This document shows positions 9,815-18,357 of a DNA stretch of 64,000 bases, one piece after another. The notes under the pieces were generated by a model. The model did no database searches, had not been told where the DNA came from, and saw only the letters and a list, made by a program, of their open reading frames with translations. Location: positions 2,338,831 to 2,402,830 of the forward strand of contig OZ243958.1 of assembly GCA_965214495.1 (NCBI GenBank). The letters are read 5' to 3'. The stretch's first letter is position 1. Each line of letters starts with the position of its first letter. A program made the translations under genes and the position numbers. The stretch is from Alphaproteobacteria bacterium (lineage in GTDB: Bacteria > Pseudomonadota > Alphaproteobacteria > UBA7887).

Positions 9815-12800
9815 GTGATCCTGTTCCGACATACGGCCTCGCTGGTGCGCCGCACCGAATCGCTTCAGGCCGCGCTGACCGCTGTCGCGTTCTGGACGCT
9901 GGCGGCGATAGCTCTGGCCGGCCTGCGGGATCTGCATCTTTGGGGGATGCCGCAGGTCGTGGGCGTCACCGCACGGGTGACCATGGCATGCGTAGCCGTT
10001 CTGGCGGGCCTGGCGGGAATCCGATGTCTGGCGGACCGGCCGAAGTCCGGCTTGCGCGCCTCGGTGCTGGGCGCAATAGGCGGAATGCCCGGCATGTTGT
10101 TGATCGGCGCGGTAGCCTCCTATCTGGCGATCGGCGTTGCCGTGATGGACGACGCGGACTGGACGCCGGACATGGCTGCGACAGTGCGGTATGCAGTCCT
10201 CTGTCTCGGTGTGCTCGTCGCCGCTGCGGTTGGCGGCCGCGCCATGCTGGAGCGGGTCGGGGCCGACCGGTTGTTGCGGGGCGTGCTTGTCGTCCTGATT
10301 GGGTGTTGCGCCCTCATTCTCGCTTCGCCGGTGCTGCGCGACCTCGGCGTCCTGGCGCCCTACAGAATCCCGTTCCGCCTGACCGGCGCTTTCACTAACC
10401 CCAACGACGCCGGCCTGGTCGCCTGCATGACGGCGGCTCTCGCCGCGGCGTTGCTGACCAATGGCGGGCCGCGCGGGCTCGGCTGGCTGGGCCTGGCCGC
10501 AGGCGTCGCCGCAGCCCTGGGGACGGCGTCCCGAACCGCTCTGGTCGTGCTCGGCGCGCTGGCGGTCCTGTTCCTGTTGCTCAACCTCCGCAGCAGACCG
10601 AGGGTTCTGGTTGCGACAGGCGTGGTATTGGCCGGGATCGCAGGATTTGTCGGCCTTGTGGGTTTCTCCGGCGGTCTTTCCGAATGGTCGAGGTTGCGGT
10701 CCGGCGCCACGCAAGAGGGAAGCCTGCTCTGCAATCCTTCGCCAACCGACAGGCGGGACTGCGCCGTCCTGCTGGCGGTGAGGGACACGCTGGCGGGGGA
10801 CATCGCCCTGAACTGGAGCCGCGCCCTGCCCGTCGAACGCTGGCAGGGCGTGACGACGGCCGGCCCGGAGGGGCGCGTTACCGAACTGCGTCTTGCGGGA
10901 CTGGGGTTGAACGGCCGCATTCCCCCGGAACTCGGCCGCCTGGACCGCCTGGAGTCGCTGTCCCTTCAGCGAAACCGGCTCACCGGGGGCATTCCGCCCG
11001 AACTGGGCGATCTGGCGAGCCTGCATCATCTGAATCTGGGCTTCAACGCCTTGACCGGAGCCGTCCCGCCGGAGCTGGCGAAGCCCAGGGACCTCTGGCG
11101 GCTACGGCTGAACCACAACCGCCTGACCGGGCCGCTCCCGGCCGCGCTCGGCGATCTCGGCCTGTCCGTCCTGCGCCTCCGGGGCAACGATTTCGACTCC
11201 ATTCCCCCCGGACTCGCCGCCGCCGACAGCGATTGGGCCGATGCGCAGCCTTGCCTGCCGCCGGCGCCGATGAACCGGGCATTGCTGGACGACTGCACAG
11301 CGCTGCTGGCGGCGAAGGAAGCGCTGGCCGGCGACGTCCCGCTCAACTGGCGCGCCGAGCTTCCCGTCGGCAAGTGGCAGGGCGTGACGGCGGGCGGTCC
11401 GGAGGGAGCCGTGACCGGGCTGGACCTCGGCAACAGGGGGCTGAACGGACGCATTCCCCCGGAACTCGGCAGGCTGAAGCGCCTCAGGACGCTGAACCTG
11501 GCCCGCAACCGGCTCACCGGCCCGATTCCGCCGGAGCTGGGACAGCTGACCGACCTGCGCGCATTGGCTCTGGACCGGAACGCCCTGACCGGCGCCGTCC
11601 CGGCGGAACTGGAACAACTCCCCGGACTCGCATCCCTGTGGTTGCGGGAGAACCGCTTCACCGGCCCCGTGCCGTCGGCGTTGTTCGACGTCCCCGAACA
11701 CGATCTCGGCCATTTCCTGTACTGCCTGCCGCCGCCGGCGCCCGGCCTGCCGCTATTCGACGACTGCGCGCTGCTGCTCGCGGTGAAAGAGACGCTGGCC
11801 GGCGACGCCCCGCTAAACTGGCGCGCGGCGCTTCCCGTAGGTTTGTGGCAAGGCGTGACCCTGGGCGGTCCGCAGGGGCGTGTGGCCGGGTTGGGCCTGC
11901 GCCGGAAGGGGCTGGACGGGCGCATTCCGCCGCAACTCGGCAAGCTGGAGGACCTCGAGTGGTTGGACCTGGCCGACAATCGGCTCACCGGCCCGGTTCC
12001 GCCGCAACTCGGCAAGCTGGAGGGCCTCAAGTGGTTGGATCTGGCCGACAATCGGCTCACCGGCCCGGTTCCGCCGGAGTGGGAGACTCTCATCCGGCTC
12101 GACGGCCTGCTGTTGGGAGGAAACAGTCTGGCCGGCCCCGTTCCGCCGCCGCTGCTCGATATCCCCGAACACGATCTCGGCCATTTGCTGTTCTGCTTTC
12201 CGCCGTTGCTGGCCGGCTCCGCCCTGCTTGAAGACTGCGAACGGCTGCTGGCGGCTAAAGGCGCACTGGCCGGCGATGCGCGGCTCAACTGGCGCCGTGC
12301 GCTGCCGATAGGCGAATGGCAGGGCGTGACTACAGGCGGCCCGCAAGGCCGGGTCGTCGCGCTGGAACTGCCACGAATGCGGCTGAACGGGCATATTCCC
12401 GCGGCGCTGGGAGGTCTCGCAGGTTTGCGAGCCCTGGAGCTTGACGCCAATGCGCTGACCGGCGCCATTCCGCCCGAGCTCGGGAAACTGGCCGATCTGG
12501 AAGCGCTCGGGCTTGCCGTCAACGCCCTGACCGGCCCGGTCCCTCCGGAACTGGGAAAGCTGCCCCACCTCAGGGAACTCCGGCTGGGCGGCAACCGCCT
12601 GACAGGCTCCCTGCCCCCGGGCCTGCGGGCGGCAGCAGTCGGGGGAGCGTCCTGCCCCGCCGCGCCTGCCGACAATCCCGCCCTGCGCGCCGACTGCGCG
12701 GTCCTGCTGGCGGCGAGGGACATCCTCGCCGGCGATGAGCGGCTCAACTGGAGCGAGCATGTCCCCATCGATTCCTGGCAGGGCGTTACGCTCGGCGGCT

Positions 12801-15800
12801 CGCCGAAGCGGGTGACGCGGCTCGAACTGTCCGGGTTGGATCTGAGCGGGCGCATCCCTTCGGAGTTGGGGCGGCTGAGCCGGCTCGTGATGTTGAACCT
12901 GAGCCGCAACCGGCTCACCGGCGGCATCCCGCCGGCATTGGGCGGACTGGACAAGCTCGAATCGCTTTTTCTCATGCGCAACTGGCTCACCGGCCCGGTG
13001 CCTCCCGAACTGGGGGCGTTGTCCGCTCTGGAGCGCCTGGTTCTCTCCTTCAACGCCTTGAGCGGCTCGATTCCGCCGGAACTGGGGAAGCTGCCGCATC
13101 TCAGGGAGTTGTGGCTGAAGCACAACCGCCTGACCGGCCCCGTGCCGCCGGAACTTGAAGGGCTGGACAATCTGGTCGTGCTGCGTCTCTCCGGCAACGA
13201 CCTGGACCGCCCCTACCCGCGGCGTCTTTTCAGGATCGCCGACCACGACCTCTTTCGCGACGGTCTGCGCCGCGGCCAGCCGCGAGGCGATGCGGGGGCG
13301 GCGGAGACGGCGGGCCGCCGGGAACCGGAGAGCGGCCCGCTTTGTCGTCCGGGTTCCGGAGGCGCCTCCGGCCTGGATGCCGACTGCGGCCTCCTGCTTG
13401 CGAACAGGGACATGCTGGCCGGCGGCGCGCCGCTCAACTGGAGCGAGCAGGTCCCCATCGACTTCTGGCGGGGCGTCACTGTCGGCGGCTCGCCGAAGCG
13501 CGTGACCGCCCTGGAATTGCCGCACGCGGGACTGGACGGGCGCCTGTTCGCGGCGCTCGGCGAATTGAACGGCCTCGTCGCCCTGGACCTGAGCGATAAC
13601 CGGCTCACCGGCCCCGCGCCGCCGGAACTGGAAAGGCTGGACAAGCTGGCCTTCCTGCGCCTCGCCGGCAACAATCTGGACCGGCCCTTCCCGCCGGCGC
13701 TCCGCAGGATTGCCGACCATGACCTGGACATGCCGGATTTCTGCCGGCCGCAGGCGATCGGTCCGGGCCTGCTCGCCGACTGCGCCCTCTTGTTGTCGGC
13801 AAGGGACACGCTCGCTGGCGATGCGCCGCTCAACTGGCGCCGCGATGCGCCGGTGGACGACTGGCAGGGGGTCGCCGTGGACCGTTCGCGCGGCCGGGTG
13901 GCGGCGCTGGACCTGACGCAGATGGGGTTGAACGGGCGCATTCCCGCGGAGCTGGGGCGGCTTGCCGGGCTCGTTTCGCTGCGCCTCAGCCGCAACCGGC
14001 TCGCCGGCGGCATCCCGCCCGAGCTCGGCAAGCTCGCCGGCCTGCGCGAGCTGGCCCTGGACGGCAACCTCCTGGCCGGCCCCGCGCCGCCGGAACTCGG
14101 CAAGCTGTCGAAGCTCATCGACCTGCGGCTGAACGGCAACCCCTTGACGGGCCCCACATCGGACCGCGGCCCGGACCTGCTCTGCCGGTCGTCGCTCGAA
14201 GGGCGCCTGCATGACGATTGCGCCCTGCTGCTGGAGATCCGGGACGAGCTGGCCGGCGATGTCGAACTGAACTGGAGCGAGGCGGTCCCGATCGACTATT
14301 GGCGGGGCGTTGCGATCGGCCTTGCCGCGGCCGCCGGCAAGGCCGGGGAAGGGACGCGCGTCATCGCCCTGGACCTGTCGCATATGGGGCTGAACGGGCG
14401 GATTCCGGCAAGGCTTGCGGCTCTGGACGCCCTTGCCGTCCTGCGTCTCGGCGATAACCGGCTTGCGGGGTCCATCCCGCCGGAACTGGGCGTCCTGGCC
14501 GGGCTGCGGACGCTGACCCTGGAGAACAACGCGCTGACAGGCAAGATCCCGCCGGAACTGGGCGCGTTGAAGGCGCTCGTTTCGCTGCGCCTCGGCGGTA
14601 ACGAACTCGCCGGCCGCACGCGGCAATTCGCCACCCTGGCCAACCTGCGCGTGCTCGCGCTGGAAAACAACCTGCTGACGGGCAATATCCATCCGCGGCT
14701 TGGCGGCCTTGAGCATCTGGAAGAACTGCTGCTGGAGAACAATCGCCTGCACGGAAAGATCCCCAGGGAACTCCACCGGTTGTCCCGCCTCGCGGTCCTC
14801 CGCCTGGGCGGCAACGCCCTTGCAGGCTGCATCGGGCGCGGCGCGGGTGCGGCGCGGGTGCGGCGCAACGACCTCGCTTCCGCCGACCTGCTCTGCGAAT
14901 CGCCGCCCTGGTCCAAGCCGGGCCTGTTCGACGATGGCGCGAGCCTGATGCGCCTGCGCGACATCCTTGCCGGCAATGCGGTGCTGGACTGGAGCTACGA
15001 GCGGCCCGTTGCGTCCTGGGAGGGCGTCACCATCGGAAACAGCGGCCGCGTCGCCGCACTGGACCTGCAGGACAGGAACCTGACCGGGCGGATCCCCGCG
15101 GAATTGGGCGAACTGCGCCATCTCCGGCGGCTGAGGCTCGACGGCAACCGTCTCACCGGCCCCATCCCCCCCGAACTGGGGAAACTGACACGGCTGGCCA
15201 TGCTGTCGCTGGAGGGCAACCGCCTGACAGGCGCCATCCCGCCGGAGGTCGCCAATCTGCCGAATCTCAGGCAATTATGGTTGGCCGACAACCGGCTCAC
15301 CGGTTCCATCCCGTTCGAATGGGCCCGTGTCCGGGGTGTCTCCCTGGCCGTCGCCGGCAACGACCTGGACAGCTGCATGGCGTGGGAACTGCGCAGCCTG
15401 CGCAGCAGCGATATCGATCACGGCACCGTCTGCACTTTCTTTATGAATCGCAGACCGTTCCTTTGGAGGCTCGGTTTTGAGAAGGCCATGGAGGCGCCCG
15501 TCTTCGGCCATGGCTTCTGGGCGCTGAAATATCTGGAAGGCGCTCCCCTCACCCATAGCGGCTTGCTGCCGGATCCTCACAATCTGTATATAAACTTGCT
15601 GGGAGAGGCCGGTATCGTCCCTCTGCTACTGTTTCTGTCCGCCATCGTCTTGCTTCTGCGCACACAATGGGTCACGCCGAAGTCGCTTGCCCGGGATGCG
15701 GCAGTGGCTTGGGTCATCGTCATCGTCCTGTATTGCATGACCTTCGCGCATCTGTTCGGCAACAAAGCATTCATGCTTATGGCCGGGTTGAGCGTCGCGA

Positions 15801-15847
15801 TAGGGGCGGTGCGGAATGCCGGAGACCGACGCCCTGAGAAAGCGTGA
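9815..15847 (+). CDS. giant O-antigen ligase/polymerase-family (Wzy_C/WaaL-like) membrane protein with a ~1550-aa periplasmic insertion of nine plant-type LRR modules
   Basis: The N-terminal ~300 aa are polytopic and carry the first Wzy_C half (...FTNPNDAGLVACMTAALAAALL...GTASRTALVVLGALAVLFLLL). The C-terminal ~160 aa carry the second half (RPFLWRLGFEKAMEAPVFGHGFWALKYLEGAPLTHSGLLPDPHNLYINLLGEAGIVPLLLFL, i.e. the R...FGxG...HNxYLxxLxExGixGlllfl signature) plus further TM helices. Between them lie nine modules of D-C-x-x-L-L-x-x-[KR]-[DE]-x-L-A-G-D-x-x-L-N-W...W-[QR]-G-V-T...GRV caps followed by 24-residue LxxLxxLxLxxNxLTGxIPPELGx repeats. TTG/ATG start uncertain. Confidence 0.8.
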   Translation: MILFRHTASLVRRTESLQAALTAVAFWTLAAIALAGLRDLHLWGMPQVVGVTARVTMACVAVLAGLAGIRCLADRPKSGLRASVLGAIGGMPGMLLIGAVASYLAIGVAVMDDADWTPDMAATVRYAVLCLGVLVAAAVGGRAMLERVGADRLLRGVLVVLIGCCALILASPVLRDLGVLAPYRIPFRLTGAFTNPNDAGLVACMTAALAAALLTNGGPRGLGWLGLAAGVAAALGTASRTALVVLGALAVLFLLLNLRSRPRVLVATGVVLAGIAGFVGLVGFSGGLSEWSRLRSGATQEGSLLCNPSPTDRRDCAVLLAVRDTLAGDIALNWSRALPVERWQGVTTAGPEGRVTELRLAGLGLNGRIPPELGRLDRLESLSLQRNRLTGGIPPELGDLASLHHLNLGFNALTGAVPPELAKPRDLWRLRLNHNRLTGPLPAALGDLGLSVLRLRGNDFDSIPPGLAAADSDWADAQPCLPPAPMNRALLDDCTALLAAKEALAGDVPLNWRAELPVGKWQGVTAGGPEGAVTGLDLGNRGLNGRIPPELGRLKRLRTLNLARNRLTGPIPPELGQLTDLRALALDRNALTGAVPAELEQLPGLASLWLRENRFTGPVPSALFDVPEHDLGHFLYCLPPPAPGLPLFDDCALLLAVKETLAGDAPLNWRAALPVGLWQGVTLGGPQGRVAGLGLRRKGLDGRIPPQLGKLEDLEWLDLADNRLTGPVPPQLGKLEGLKWLDLADNRLTGPVPPEWETLIRLDGLLLGGNSLAGPVPPPLLDIPEHDLGHLLFCFPPLLAGSALLEDCERLLAAKGALAGDARLNWRRALPIGEWQGVTTGGPQGRVVALELPRMRLNGHIPAALGGLAGLRALELDANALTGAIPPELGKLADLEALGLAVNALTGPVPPELGKLPHLRELRLGGNRLTGSLPPGLRAAAVGGASCPAAPADNPALRADCAVLLAARDILAGDERLNWSEHVPIDSWQGVTLGGSPKRVTRLELSGLDLSGRIPSELGRLSRLVMLNLSRNRLTGGIPPALGGLDKLESLFLMRNWLTGPVPPELGALSALERLVLSFNALSGSIPPELGKLPHLRELWLKHNRLTGPVPPELEGLDNLVVLRLSGNDLDRPYPRRLFRIADHDLFRDGLRRGQPRGDAGAAETAGRREPESGPLCRPGSGGASGLDADCGLLLANRDMLAGGAPLNWSEQVPIDFWRGVTVGGSPKRVTALELPHAGLDGRLFAALGELNGLVALDLSDNRLTGPAPPELERLDKLAFLRLAGNNLDRPFPPALRRIADHDLDMPDFCRPQAIGPGLLADCALLLSARDTLAGDAPLNWRRDAPVDDWQGVAVDRSRGRVAALDLTQMGLNGRIPAELGRLAGLVSLRLSRNRLAGGIPPELGKLAGLRELALDGNLLAGPAPPELGKLSKLIDLRLNGNPLTGPTSDRGPDLLCRSSLEGRLHDDCALLLEIRDELAGDVELNWSEAVPIDYWRGVAIGLAAAAGKAGEGTRVIALDLSHMGLNGRIPARLAALDALAVLRLGDNRLAGSIPPELGVLAGLRTLTLENNALTGKIPPELGALKALVSLRLGGNELAGRTRQFATLANLRVLALENNLLTGNIHPRLGGLEHLEELLLENNRLHGKIPRELHRLSRLAVLRLGGNALAGCIGRGAGAARVRRNDLASADLLCESPPWSKPGLFDDGASLMRLRDILAGNAVLDWSYERPVASWEGVTIGNSGRVAALDLQDRNLTGRIPAELGELRHLRRLRLDGNRLTGPIPPELGKLTRLAMLSLEGNRLTGAIPPEVANLPNLRQLWLADNRLTGSIPFEWARVRGVSLAVAGNDLDSCMAWELRSLRSSDIDHGTVCTFFMNRRPFLWRLGFEKAMEAPVFGHGFWALKYLEGAPLTHSGLLPDPHNLYINLLGEAGIVPLLLFLSAIVLLLRTQWVTPKSLARDAAVAWVIVIVLYCMTFAHLFGNKAFMLMAGLSVAIGAVRNAGDRRPEKA
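10757..15470 (+). repeat. intragenic array of nine tandem LRR modules (~400-700 bp each, diverged at DNA level, with near-identical 72-bp sub-repeats e.g. 11946-12089)
   Basis: Periodic protein motifs and repeated DNA strings, e.g. cggctcaccggcccggttccgccg recurring. Mirror ORFs on the opposite strand are by-products. Confidence 0.8.
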
Positions 15848-15850
15848 CCA

Positions 15851-17101
15851 TTGACCGGGAACAAGCTCCATGTTGGCTTCGCGCTGACCAACCTGAACGG
15901 CGGCGGCGCGGAGCGCGTCACACTCGACCTTGCGGCGGCACTCATCGCGCGCGGACACCGGGCAGACCTGGTCATCCCAAGCCTCGCGGGAGACTACCGG
16001 GCCGCGATTCCCCGCGGCGCGCGGCTGTATCGGGGGCGGTTTCCTCACACCGACAGGACGTTCCTGCGGGAGGTTCGCCGGGCGGGTGTCGAAGTGGAAG
16101 CGATGACCGTCAACCCATTCGGAGTCGCGCGGAGTTGGCTGGTCCTCGCCTGGAAACACCTTGGCATACGGGTGCAGCGCAAGCGTTCCCACTATGCTTC
16201 GGTCTATGTTTTGAACCGTTACCTCCGCGAAGCGTGTCCCGATGTGCTGGTATCGGGGTCGCGGGGCGCCAACGCCGCCGCGGTCTGCGCCACGGAGTTG
16301 ACGCGCCGGGCGGTTCCCGTGGTGGTCACGGTGCATAACAACATTGCCGCCGCTTATGAACCAGAATGGCTGGCCGCCGCCCGGAGTCTCTATCCGCTGG
16401 CCGACGCGGTGGTGGCGGTGTCCAAGGGCGCGGCGGAGTCTGTGCGACGGTCTGTGGGCGTGGACGCCGGGAGTATTCACACTATCTACAACCCCATCCC
16501 CGCTGACGGCATATGGCGCCTGGCGCAGGAGGAAGTCACACACCCCTGGTTTGCGGGCGGCGAGCCGCCGGTGATTCTGAGCGTCGGGCGTGAGGCGCCC
16601 CAGAAGGACTACCCCACCCTGGTGGAGGCGTTTGTGATAGCGAGACGCAAGGCGGCCGCACGGCTGGTTATCCTCGGCAAGCTCTCGGCACCCTACCGGG
16701 AAAAGCTCAAGTCCTTGGCGCGGGGCCATGGCGCGGAGGAAGACCTCGGTTTCATGGACTTCGACGAGAACCCGTTCCGCTACATGCGGCGGGCGGCGCT
16801 CCTTGCGCTCTCCTCGCGCTGGGAGGGCCTGCCGACGGTGATCCTGGAGGCGCTGGCCTGCGGCACGCCGGTGGTCAGCACCGACACGCCCTACGGCCCG
16901 CGCGAGATCCTTGGGCAGTGGGGCGAGTTGCCGCCGGTGGGCGACGCACCGGCGCTGGCGCGGGCGCTGGTCGCGACGCTGCGCGGCGAGCACCCACCGG
17001 AGGAAGCCTTGCGCGCGCGCGCCGCCGAGTTCTCCCCCGAGAAGGCCGCCGACGCCTACGAAGCACTATTCCGAAAGCTGGCGAGGGGGCGAGCACGGTG
17101 A
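15851..17101 (+). CDS. family 4 (GT-B, RfaB-like) glycosyltransferase, tandem paralogue 1
   Basis: TTG start 3 nt after the giant gene's stop. Carries the GT4 EX7E-type C-terminal domain (RWEGLPTVILEALACGTPVVSTD). ~416 aa. Confidence 0.9.
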   Translation: MTGNKLHVGFALTNLNGGGAERVTLDLAAALIARGHRADLVIPSLAGDYRAAIPRGARLYRGRFPHTDRTFLREVRRAGVEVEAMTVNPFGVARSWLVLAWKHLGIRVQRKRSHYASVYVLNRYLREACPDVLVSGSRGANAAAVCATELTRRAVPVVVTVHNNIAAAYEPEWLAAARSLYPLADAVVAVSKGAAESVRRSVGVDAGSIHTIYNPIPADGIWRLAQEEVTHPWFAGGEPPVILSVGREAPQKDYPTLVEAFVIARRKAAARLVILGKLSAPYREKLKSLARGHGAEEDLGFMDFDENPFRYMRRAALLALSSRWEGLPTVILEALACGTPVVSTDTPYGPREILGQWGELPPVGDAPALARALVATLRGEHPPEEALRARAAEFSPEKAADAYEALFRKLARGRAR

Positions 17102-18357
17102 GATCGGATAGACTCCAAGTCTGCATCACGGTAACCAGTCTGGCCGGCGGCGGAGTAGAGCGCAACATTCTCCGTCTGGCACGGTCACTCATCGAACGAG
17201 GACATCGGGTGGACTTGGTGATCCCCCGGTTCGCAGGAGACTACCTGGCGGCGATACCCGGTGAAATGCGTATCTGGCGGGCGCGGATGCCCGGCACCGA
17301 TAGGGCGTTCTTGCGAAAGGTCCGGCGGGCAGGAATCGAGGTGGAGGCGATGACCGTCAACCCCGTCGGCGCTGCGTGTGCCTGGCTGGCTCTCGCCCGG
17401 AAGCATCCCGGGATACCGGTCATACGCGGCAGCGGCATGCGCTCCATCTATCCCTACGCCCATGTTCTGGCTCGCTACCTTCGCGAGGAACGGCCCGACG
17501 TGCTGGTGTCGGCGCATATGGGCCCCAACGCCGTTGCGGTCTGCGCCGCCGAACTGACGGACCGGGCCGTTTCGACGGTGATCACTGTGCGCAATAACGT
17601 CGCCGCCGGCTATGCGCCGCATTGGTTGGCAGCGGCCCGGACGCTCTATCCGCTTGCCGACGCCGTGGTGTCGGTGTCCAGGGGTGTGGCGGAGTCTGTG
17701 CGGCGGTTCGTGGGCATGGATGCCGACCGTGTCCACACCATCTACCACCCCATCCCTGCAGACAGCATATGGCGCCTGGCGCAGGAGGAAGTCACGCACC
17801 CCTGGTTCGCGGGCGGCGAGCCGCCGGTGATTCTGAGTGTCGGGCGCGAGGCGTTGCAGAAAGATCGCCCCACGTTGGTGAAGGCGTTCGGTTTGGCGCG
17901 GCGCGAGGTGAATGCGCGGCTGGTGATCCTCGGCAAGCTGTCGGCCGCCTACCGGGAAAGGCTGCGGTCCCTGGCGCGGAGCCATGGCGCAGCCGAGGAC
18001 CTGGGCTTCGTGGACTTCGACGAGAACCCGTTCCGCTACATGCGGCGGGCGGCGCTCTTTGCGCTGTCCTCGCGCTGGGAGGGCCTGCCGACGGTGGTCA
18101 TCGAGGCGCTGGCCTGCGGCACGCCGGTGGTCAGCACCGATGCGCCCTACGGCCCGCGCGAGATCCTTGGGGGGTGGGGCGGGTTGCCGCCGGTGGGCGA
18201 CGCGCCGGCGCTGGCGCGGGCGCTGGTTGCGACGCTGCGCGGCGAGCACCCGCCGGAAGAAGCCTTGCGTGCGCGCGCCGCCGACTTTTCCGATGACAAG
18301 GCCACTGACGCCTACGAAGCGCTGTTCGAGAAGCTGGTGAGAGAGCGCGCGCGGTGA
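17098..18357 (+). CDS. family 4 glycosyltransferase, tandem paralogue 2
   Basis: GTG start overlaps the paralogue-1 stop (GTGA). The N-terminus VRSDRLQVCITVTSLAGGGVERNILRL parallels paralogues 1 and 3. Confidence 0.9.
   Translation: MRSDRLQVCITVTSLAGGGVERNILRLARSLIERGHRVDLVIPRFAGDYLAAIPGEMRIWRARMPGTDRAFLRKVRRAGIEVEAMTVNPVGAACAWLALARKHPGIPVIRGSGMRSIYPYAHVLARYLREERPDVLVSAHMGPNAVAVCAAELTDRAVSTVITVRNNVAAGYAPHWLAAARTLYPLADAVVSVSRGVAESVRRFVGMDADRVHTIYHPIPADSIWRLAQEEVTHPWFAGGEPPVILSVGREALQKDRPTLVKAFGLARREVNARLVILGKLSAAYRERLRSLARSHGAAEDLGFVDFDENPFRYMRRAALFALSSRWEGLPTVVIEALACGTPVVSTDAPYGPREILGGWGGLPPVGDAPALARALVATLRGEHPPEEALRARAADFSDDKATDAYEALFEKLVRERAR

Noticed and set aside
11026-15274. Two very long minus-strand ORFs (723 and 1153 aa) antisense to the giant LRR gene
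   Set aside because: They are mirror-image reading frames produced by high GC plus the periodic LRR DNA repeats. Their translations are low-complexity Arg/Pro/Ser/Gly strings with no domain signal, whereas the plus-strand frame encodes clean Wzy_C and LRR motifs.
10757-15470. Possible CRISPR-like periodic repeats
   Set aside because: The periodicity is protein-coding (LRR modules in one continuous ORF). The units are long, diverged and lack spacer/repeat alternation. No cas genes are present.
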